64,000 nucleotides of DNA from Clostridia bacterium (GTDB taxonomy: Bacteria; Bacillota; Clostridia; JAAYHZ01). Under the pieces are notes generated by a model that saw only the letters and a list, made by a program, of their open reading frames with translations, made no database searches and was not told the origin of the DNA. Both the position numbers and the translations under genes were made by a program. Each line of letters begins with the position of its first letter. Within the stretch, counting starts at the first letter, position 1. Below are positions 57,030 through 64,000 of this stretch, piece after piece. The stretch covers positions 192,001 to 256,000 of the forward strand of contig JBMNIH010000006.1 of NCBI GenBank assembly GCA_050950825.1, given 5' to 3'.

Positions 57030-58835
57030 TTACTCTTTTTCAAGGCTCAGGTGAATCCGCATCCGTTTTCCCGAGCTTTTATATACGGCTCTTCGGTAAA
57101 TGGCGTTGCGGTTGGCAATAGGCTTCTTGTCGATTGAAACCGGTCCTTCACCCCGCAAAATGTATCGATAAGGCTTAACGGACACGATAACCGTCGATTC
57201 TTTTTCGCATTCGGTTCTATCGATTGCGGAAACATCCCTTCCGTTGCTTTCAAACAACGGGATGGAAAACAAGACGGAATCGGCGTCTTCCGATAAAACC
57301 GCCGATTCAATTTGCAATCCTTCATCATTTAACGTATAGGTTTCGGTTACATGAAAAGGCGTTGTTTCATCCTTTGATCGGTATTCGACGGAAAAAGAAA
57401 CTTCCCTGTTCGTTTCTTGAATTACGTTCAATTGCGCATCGAGCTTGTCCTTTTGATCGCACAGCCAAAGCACATCGCCGTTTCCATACTCGATTCCCGT
57501 ACAAATGGAGGCGTTCTTTCTCGGTATATCCTCCGGAAGCCGATATTTCGGCTCCGAGGTTATGGGCAAGGATAAGGCAAGGTCAATAGGAAATCCCGCT
57601 TTATGGTAGCGTCCTAAGCCTGTGGAATCGTAACGGCTGTCCGCTTTCGTTTCGATTTCAAGGGATTGTCCCGCACAATTAGCAAATACTTTATGGAATT
57701 TGTCCGATGTCGGCAGAACATAACCTCCGATTTCGGAAGGGCAAGGATACTCTTTAATCGACTCGTCGGAAAACAAGATACCGTATCCGATAAATACGGC
57801 CGTAGCGATCAAGTACCGGTGGAATGTTCCGTAACCGTCGATACCAAAGGCCATGGTCGGATCAAAATAGTTTTTGATATGGTTCCTCGACTCTACAAGC
57901 CTCGTATACACCGTTTCGGCACTTTTTCGAGCGCACCGTTTAAACATCCCGGCCAATACCTTTCGACCGGCCTTCATGTGGCGACGAGCTTCGTACTCGC
58001 AGCAGGATGCCGCCAAGGCTTCGTTAAACAGATATTGGTTGCTTCGGCCGCCGTAAGGTATTTGAAATGCGGCGGACTGCATAAGCAAAGTCATCATGCC
58101 GCCCTTTTCCAAGTTCCGGTCGATCGCCCCTGCATATTTTCCGTCATATCCGAAGTGAAGCATCACCGAAAATTGGCAGCGGGTAGTCAAATCGTACAAC
58201 ATGGAGTTGTCCAAAGGAACCCACATGCCGAAATCGTCGAAGCGGCTTACGGCCCAAGGCATATGCTCGTCGAAATACTTCGCGGTATCGACCATTCCTT
58301 CCGTCTCTCGCAAATATTCTCCGGCCGAATTGTACACCGTCATATTGCAGAGCTTTCCGGTATCTTTGTTTTCTCCGATGATGCAGCCGTAGGTTTTGTA
58401 AGGGTCGATGGACTTTAATCTGTCGTAAAGATAATTAAAATCCTCTTTCGGAAGCCTGTCTTTCATTAGCTTTAACGCAATCATCACTTCCTTGACGGCA
58501 AGATCGTATTCCGCATGCCCGAATACCAAGGAAAACTGCTCGCAGCTTTTGTACATCAAAGAAAGCCAAAGCTCGTAAAGATCGGGTCTTCTCCCCTCGG
58601 ATAATAAATAAGCGATGGCTCCCGCCGCCCGTAAGCCGATGCAAATGACAAAATCAATTTCTCCTTTTGCCATCTTCCATAAATATTCCGTCGTATAAAT
58701 ATCGATCACTTTTTCGATGATATCCAAATACAAGGATTTAGTGAGCCCGGTTTCACGGAAGCCTTCGAGTTTTTGTCCGGCCTCGAGGTTTGCGAATTTT
58801 TCTCCTATATGTTCGAGATAAACCCTCGGATCCAT
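57030..58835 (-). CDS. Hypothetical protein (possible glycan lyase/hydrolase-like)
   Basis: 601 aa ORF with AAGGAG RBS; helical N-half (YD, PYGGRSNQY) and beta-rich C-half; next to the GH29 gene. Confidence 0.65.
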   Translation of the reverse strand: MDPRVYLEHIGEKFANLEAGQKLEGFRETGLTKSLYLDIIEKVIDIYTTEYLWKMAKGEIDFVICIGLRAAGAIAYLLSEGRRPDLYELWLSLMYKSCEQFSLVFGHAEYDLAVKEVMIALKLMKDRLPKEDFNYLYDRLKSIDPYKTYGCIIGENKDTGKLCNMTVYNSAGEYLRETEGMVDTAKYFDEHMPWAVSRFDDFGMWVPLDNSMLYDLTTRCQFSVMLHFGYDGKYAGAIDRNLEKGGMMTLLMQSAAFQIPYGGRSNQYLFNEALAASCCEYEARRHMKAGRKVLAGMFKRCARKSAETVYTRLVESRNHIKNYFDPTMAFGIDGYGTFHRYLIATAVFIGYGILFSDESIKEYPCPSEIGGYVLPTSDKFHKVFANCAGQSLEIETKADSRYDSTGLGRYHKAGFPIDLALSLPITSEPKYRLPEDIPRKNASICTGIEYGNGDVLWLCDQKDKLDAQLNVIQETNREVSFSVEYRSKDETTPFHVTETYTLNDEGLQIESAVLSEDADSVLFSIPLFESNGRDVSAIDRTECEKESTVIVSVKPYRYILRGEGPVSIDKKPIANRNAIYRRAVYKSSGKRMRIHLSLEKE

Positions 58836-58889
58836 TTTTACGGCTCCTTTTTAAATCTTATGAAGTTTCAAATTACATGAAGGGCTTCT

Positions 58890-60338
58890 TTACTCGGAAC
58901 CCCAACGTTTCGGAGTTACGGCTGCTATCACCGTAAAAAGCTCCAGCCTTCCCAAAAGCATTAAAAAAGACAAAACCCAAGTGTTAAAATTATTGAATAA
59001 TGCATATGATCCGGTTGGACCTACCAAGTTCATACCCGGACCAATATTACTTAAGGATGCGACAACTGCACTTGCGGAAGTGATTATATCCACCCCTTGA
59101 ATAGAAATAATCAAAGTACCAAAGATGAAAGTCAGTATATATAAAAACACAAAACCGGCAATACCAAACAAGGTATCGTCGCTTAAAGCTCTTTCCCCTA
59201 TTTTAACCGACATTATGCTTCTCGGGTGAAAAATTTTCCGTATTTCTCTTTTCACCAATTTCAGCATAACCATAATTCGGATCACTTTTATGCCACCGGA
59301 GGTTGATCCTGCACATCCTCCTATAAACATTAATGCGAACAGTATAATTTTAGAGAATGTGGACCACCGGTCGTAATTAACCGTTGTATATCCGGCGGTC
59401 GTGGTAATGGACCCAACTTGAAAAAAGGCATCCCTCAGAGAGATTCCCAAAGAAGATGTACCGTTGAAAAAAAGATCCGATGCAATCAGAAGCGTAGCAC
59501 CTAATATAATACCGAAATACAGCTTCAGCTCATGATTACATTTAATTTCCGACCATTTTCGCTTATACAAAGCATAATATAAATTATAGTTAATACCGGA
59601 AACAATCATTAACATTACAGCCGTCAATTGAATAAACGTGCTGTCGTAGGCTCCTAAACCGTTTTGTTTGGAAGAGAAGCCACCATTTCCAACCGACCCG
59701 AATGTGTGAATACATGCATCATAAAAAGTCATTCCTCCCGCTGTGAGTAAGACAATTCCGACAATCGTGATAATTCCGTATGTGAAATAGAGGGTTTTTG
59801 CCGTGTCTTTGAGGCGAGGCATGATTTTATCGGTTACAGGTCCCGTGACCTCGGCTTTAAAAATTTTCATTCCTCCCATTCCCAAAGCAGGCAATAAAGC
59901 CAAAGTAAATACAATTATCCCCATACCGCCGATCCAATTTGTAAATGCGCGCCAGAACAAAATACCGGGAGGAAGCTCTTCCACGTTATCCAAAATCGAA
60001 GCACCGGTTGTGGTAAAACCGGACATGGACTCGAAATAGGCATCGGTAAAAGAGGGGATACTGCCGGAGAACAAATATGGCAAAGAACCGAAAAAAGAAA
60101 CAAGTATCCACCCGAGGGTAACGATAAGCATAGCCTCCTTGACTTGAACTTTTTTGTCTGCTCCCTTTACAAAAATCGTGAAAAAACTGACAAGCAGCAA
60201 GAGCAACATGGTAACCGCAAAAGCGTATACATCTTTTTCCTCTCTGTATACCGTTGCCACGATTAAAGAAGGAATCATCAGCAAAGCTTGAATGCTAAGT
60301 ATTTTTCCTAACACCTTTATTACGATTGAGAAATTCAA
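58890..60338 (-). CDS. trkH: Trk potassium uptake membrane protein
   Basis: SGFTTTG, GNGGFS, TTAGY, SNIGPG filter motifs; GRLEL. Confidence 0.95.
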   Translation of the reverse strand: MNFSIVIKVLGKILSIQALLMIPSLIVATVYREEKDVYAFAVTMLLLLLVSFFTIFVKGADKKVQVKEAMLIVTLGWILVSFFGSLPYLFSGSIPSFTDAYFESMSGFTTTGASILDNVEELPPGILFWRAFTNWIGGMGIIVFTLALLPALGMGGMKIFKAEVTGPVTDKIMPRLKDTAKTLYFTYGIITIVGIVLLTAGGMTFYDACIHTFGSVGNGGFSSKQNGLGAYDSTFIQLTAVMLMIVSGINYNLYYALYKRKWSEIKCNHELKLYFGIILGATLLIASDLFFNGTSSLGISLRDAFFQVGSITTTAGYTTVNYDRWSTFSKIILFALMFIGGCAGSTSGGIKVIRIMVMLKLVKREIRKIFHPRSIMSVKIGERALSDDTLFGIAGFVFLYILTFIFGTLIISIQGVDIITSASAVVASLSNIGPGMNLVGPTGSYALFNNFNTWVLSFLMLLGRLELFTVIAAVTPKRWGSE

Positions 60339-61699
60339 TGAGTTTTCCTCCTCTTATCCGGCTTTAAAAACACATCCAACTTGCCTAATTCCGATGTTAA
60401 GCAAAAGACAATGATTTTGTTTCCGGGGTATATCACGGTTTGGCCGTTCGGAACCAAAACCTCCTTGTTTCTTACCACGGCGCCGATGATAATCCCTTTC
60501 GGCAAACCTAAGTCCGCCAGCTTTTTCCCGATAATGGGCATATGCTCGTCTACCGCCACTTCCGTAACCTCCGCATGACCTCCTAAAAGCACGGATACGG
60601 AAACGATCTTACCTCCACGGATAATTTTCAATATGTGCCCCGCCGTTATATTCACAGGATTGATGGCAAAGTCAATACCTAACCTGTCTACCAACCGGTC
60701 GTATCCGGGTCGGCTAAACTTGGCGATGATTTTGCTAACTCCCTCTTGCTTTGCCAATACCGCCATTAACAGGTTTTGCTCGTCCAAGTTGGTAGCGCTA
60801 ATAAACGCATCGGTAGATGCCATGTCCTCGTCTTCCAACAAGGTGATATCGGTCCCGTCCCCGTTGATAATGATAACGTTCTTATCTAACTTCTCCGCCA
60901 GATACCTGCATCGAAGCTCATCTTGCTCGATAATTTTAACGGACATGTTTAAAGCAGCCAACTTCATTGCCAAATAATAGCTTAAGTTGCCTCCTCCTAA
61001 AATCATGACCTTTTTTACAATCTTATCCGATACATTTAATTTGTAATGACCGACAAAGCGGTCGATGGACTCGCTTTTGCCAATGATGTACAAGATATCC
61101 TCTTCCTCGAGAACGGTTTGCCCATCCGGGATAATGGTTTGGCCGTATCGCATGATGGCGGCAATAAGCAAGCCTTCCAAGTGCTCTAAGTCCATGATTC
61201 TTTTCCCGATGAAGTCTTTTACCATGAGAATCGGAAAATCAATCAGCTGAACTTCTCCTTCCGCATAATCACCGGAATAGAAGTTGTATCGTTTGGAAAT
61301 AAAGCGAACGATTTCATTGGCTGTCGCCAAATCCGGATTGACGATATAATCCATTCCCAAATGCTTTTTAAAAGAATCCAATTGCTTTCGGTATTCCGGA
61401 TTACGAATTCTGGCAATAGTCGCCTTGCATCCTAAGCTTTTAGCTAATGTACATATGATGGCGTTAATCTCGTCGCTGCCGGTACAGACAACTACAAAAT
61501 CAAAAGAGGCTATGTCAATATTTTTCAACGATTCCACTTCCAGCCCGTTAGCCTTATACGTCAATACATCCAAATGCTCGTTAAGCTTTTCGATAACATC
61601 TTCATCGTTGTCTACGACCAAGCAATCGATACTTCTTCCGGATAAGGATTCCGCCAATTTATATCCTAATTTTCCGCCGCCGATAATGGCAACTTTCAT
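60335..61699 (-). CDS. trkA: Trk potassium uptake regulatory subunit (two RCK domains)
   Basis: IIGGGKLG and ILGGGNLS Rossmann motifs; overlaps trkH. Confidence 0.94.
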   Translation of the reverse strand: MKVAIIGGGKLGYKLAESLSGRSIDCLVVDNDEDVIEKLNEHLDVLTYKANGLEVESLKNIDIASFDFVVVCTGSDEINAIICTLAKSLGCKATIARIRNPEYRKQLDSFKKHLGMDYIVNPDLATANEIVRFISKRYNFYSGDYAEGEVQLIDFPILMVKDFIGKRIMDLEHLEGLLIAAIMRYGQTIIPDGQTVLEEEDILYIIGKSESIDRFVGHYKLNVSDKIVKKVMILGGGNLSYYLAMKLAALNMSVKIIEQDELRCRYLAEKLDKNVIIINGDGTDITLLEDEDMASTDAFISATNLDEQNLLMAVLAKQEGVSKIIAKFSRPGYDRLVDRLGIDFAINPVNITAGHILKIIRGGKIVSVSVLLGGHAEVTEVAVDEHMPIIGKKLADLGLPKGIIIGAVVRNKEVLVPNGQTVIYPGNKIIVFCLTSELGKLDVFLKPDKRRKTH

Positions 61700-61807
61700 G
61701 TGTGTTCACCTTTTTCATGTATGATAAAAACCAAAGGCAGGATAACCTGCCTTTTGCCGGATACCTGATTGTACCATAATTTTTTCCCTTGCAACAAGTA
61801 CGGGTAT

Positions 61808-62611
61808 TTACAAATCACGTACTTGATCCTTTAGCAATACATAGCCGTTGTTCCACAAGATGTCTTCCCTTTGCTGATCCGTAATTTCCGCCGACAACAA
61901 AGCCCCTATGTAGTAGGTATAGGAAAACCATGGCATATCGCATCCGAACAGGATTTTATTCGCACCGCATATGGAGACCATCTCCTCTAAAGCTCCTCTT
62001 TTGAAAAGAACCGCCGTCAATTCCGGATAAAAGTTTTCATAATTCAAGGCAAGATTCGCCGTAAACCGCCAATTGTCGTAGAAACAGTGTCCTCCGATCA
62101 GTTTTAGATTTTTGTATTTTTTCAATACGTTTTCATATGGCGTCTCCAACCCGCTCCATGTATGCCCTAAAACCAAAAGGCCGTGAGCGTCGGCATATTC
62201 CAAATAGGGACGGTTCAAAGAATGATCCGGCATGATACCGGAATAGGATGGATGGAGTTTAAACCCGACAAAATGCTCCCGATACTTCTCAAAAATCTTG
62301 ATATCCTCTTTAAAGTCGCAATGCCTTGAAAACACGGTCATATAGAGCTTGAATCGTCCGGGATGCTTTTTGCATATTTCAATCTCGTCCAAGATAAACC
62401 TGTTGCCTACGGTAAGATCGTGGTGGCTTGAAAAGAGTGCGCATCGCACGTTGGACCGATCCATTAAATAGAGCATTTTTTCCGGGGATCCGAAAGGCAT
62501 ATACGCGTTGACCAGGTTTCCCATATGGGCGTGAAAATCCAACACCTTGTATTTGGATACCCCGCCTTCTTTCACATATTCGATTGCCATATTCGATTCT
62601 TTATTGATCAT
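61808..62611 (-). CDS. Amidohydrolase-2 family metallo-hydrolase
   Basis: DFHAH, GFKLHP, GGHC, ILFGCDMP. Confidence 0.85.
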   Translation of the reverse strand: MINKESNMAIEYVKEGGVSKYKVLDFHAHMGNLVNAYMPFGSPEKMLYLMDRSNVRCALFSSHHDLTVGNRFILDEIEICKKHPGRFKLYMTVFSRHCDFKEDIKIFEKYREHFVGFKLHPSYSGIMPDHSLNRPYLEYADAHGLLVLGHTWSGLETPYENVLKKYKNLKLIGGHCFYDNWRFTANLALNYENFYPELTAVLFKRGALEEMVSICGANKILFGCDMPWFSYTYYIGALLSAEITDQQREDILWNNGYVLLKDQVRDL

Positions 62612-63362
62612 ATCGAATACCTCCTATGATTCCCTCCAAGTTCCCGTAGGCGATTTTTTCTTTGTCGTCATCGCCGATATCGCTTTGAAGTATCATCAGC
62701 ATTCCGGCTCCGAAGTATGCGTCCGGATAACCGCTTCCGTATAGCAGACGAGAAGAGCCCATCCGGCCGGTGAAATCCTCCAATCCCCCGGCGGTAATGA
62801 CACGGGACAAATCCAAATACACGTTTTCATATTTTCGAACAAAAGGCCTCAAATAGCGGTCGTTAGGCCAGATATTGTCATAGGTCAATACGACGGTAAG
62901 CTTGGGGAAATTCTCCAATATTTCTGCAACGTCCTCAAGAGAATATCCGTAAGAGGTATTGATAAACACGGGAACATTGCAGCTGCACGCTTTTTCAAAA
63001 TAGTCTTCCAAAACAAAGGGCTTTTTCGAAAAACGGTGGCATGTTGGCGCCGCGATCCAGCCGATAATCTTGTTTTTCTTCATGGCAGGAAGGATGCGGT
63101 CCGGATCCTCGATCTCGCCGGTATCCGAAGGAATGACGGACCACAACCCGTAAAGGTTGTCATACTTAGCAATGTCCTCGGCCAAGATACGGTTTCCCGT
63201 TAAAGGCTCCAATCCGTAAAGCTGTTCCTTGCGGTAAACCACGGCTTTCGACACCTTGGCACGATCCATATCCTCGATCACTTTTCGGATATCTTTTGCC
63301 GGCAAGAAGGGAGTGCGGTTCCCCGTTATACCGTAGCTTACGTGACAATCAAAAAAGTACAA
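62601..63362 (-). CDS. Amidohydrolase-2 family protein (degenerate metal site)
   Basis: FDCHVSY, NVYLDLS, LLYGSGYP, IAYGN; TTG start after GAGGGTGA. Confidence 0.8.
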   Translation of the reverse strand: MYFFDCHVSYGITGNRTPFLPAKDIRKVIEDMDRAKVSKAVVYRKEQLYGLEPLTGNRILAEDIAKYDNLYGLWSVIPSDTGEIEDPDRILPAMKKNKIIGWIAAPTCHRFSKKPFVLEDYFEKACSCNVPVFINTSYGYSLEDVAEILENFPKLTVVLTYDNIWPNDRYLRPFVRKYENVYLDLSRVITAGGLEDFTGRMGSSRLLYGSGYPDAYFGAGMLMILQSDIGDDDKEKIAYGNLEGIIGGIRYDQ

Positions 63363-63378
63363 AAGACTCACCCTCTCT

Positions 63379-64000
63379 TTAGCCCAATTCCTTTGCGGCG
63401 GCAATAATTTGGTCTGCTTTTTGCTGCAAATCCTCGGGCGTCCAATGTATATTGGTATGGATAAATACGTTTCGACTTAAAATGTCCATGGTCTTCGGGC
63501 ACATATCCTTGGTATAGTTCATTCGCAAAGCTTTGTTTTCTTCAAAGTTAAAGGGATTCATGGCGGGATGGTGTCCTCCCCGTTTGTTTAAGATGGGCTC
63601 CCAATCGAAATAGACATGTTTTCGGCTGTCGATAGGAAGCATACCCGATACTTTCTTTGCAAAAGACCTTGCCATTTCTTCCGACGGGAAGGTAAATGCC
63701 AGTACGGTGCCGCAGTCTCCTTCAGGATCGTTGGAAGGCGTAAGGGTTATATTCTTATGCCCTTGTACTTTTTCGATCAACGATTTTTTCAAGGTCCTTA
63801 AATCCGTTAGGATATCGTCCAATCGCTGAAGCTGAACCCTTAATATGGCTCCCGTAATTTCGCTGACTCGGAATTGGCTTCCTATGAAGGGCGGTTCCTT
63901 GATTTCCGATATAAAGGGTCGGAAAGTGGCTCCCGAATCGTGATACAATAAAGCTCTTTCGTAAACTCTACGATCGTCGGTGACTACACCGCCGCCTTCT
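63379..64000 (-). CDS. DegT/DnrJ/EryC1/StrS family PLP aminotransferase (N-terminus outside window)
   Basis: EGGGVVTDD...YHDSG...GSQFRVSEITGAILRVQLQRLD. Confidence 0.85.
   Translation of the reverse strand, partial: EGGGVVTDDRRVYERALLYHDSGATFRPFISEIKEPPFIGSQFRVSEITGAILRVQLQRLDDILTDLRTLKKSLIEKVQGHKNITLTPSNDPEGDCGTVLAFTFPSEEMARSFAKKVSGMLPIDSRKHVYFDWEPILNKRGGHHPAMNPFNFEENKALRMNYTKDMCPKTMDILSRNVFIHTNIHWTPEDLQQKADQIIAAAKELG

Noticed and set aside
1-64000. CRISPR arrays, tRNA/rRNA genes, prophage or defence systems
   Set aside because: No regularly spaced repeats, tRNA/rRNA signatures or matching protein motifs were seen.

Overview
Chromosomal window from a spore-forming, low-GC Firmicute, most likely a member of Clostridia. 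It contains spoVM, a Spo0A-like regulator, a SafA/YkwD-type protein and a T-box leader. I saw no rRNA, tRNA or CRISPR array. Housekeeping genes include rpmB, rpsU, serS, alaS, serC, serA, engB, a second type IIA topoisomerase pair, iorAB, trkAH, oadB/oadG and an RR-HK-htrA module. Several glycan-active enzymes are also present (Asp-box sialidase-like, GH172, GH29). The main feature is a complete minus-strand type IVa pilus locus at about 27.5-43.0 kb: pilA, [ISLre2], pilP-like, pilQ-like, pilT, pilC, pilM, pilN, pilO, pilB, three minor pilins, pilD. Its PilQ-like protein has a signal peptide, LysM, N0 and five Secretin_N ring domains, then stops exactly where the outer-membrane secretin barrel should begin. 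It is still paired with a PilP/GspC-like partner. This suggests (inference) a barrel-less secretin conduit that spans peptidoglycan in a probable monoderm. Other oddities: a minor pilin with a C-terminal CFI-box-CTERM domain; an ISLre2 element with a 9-bp TSD inserted 16 bp upstream of the pil operon -35 box; a possibly frameshifted major pilin; a divergent Spo0A paralog with 0A boxes upstream; and a Ser T-box apparently controlling serS-alaS. All family assignments come from motif recognition by eye, not database searches.
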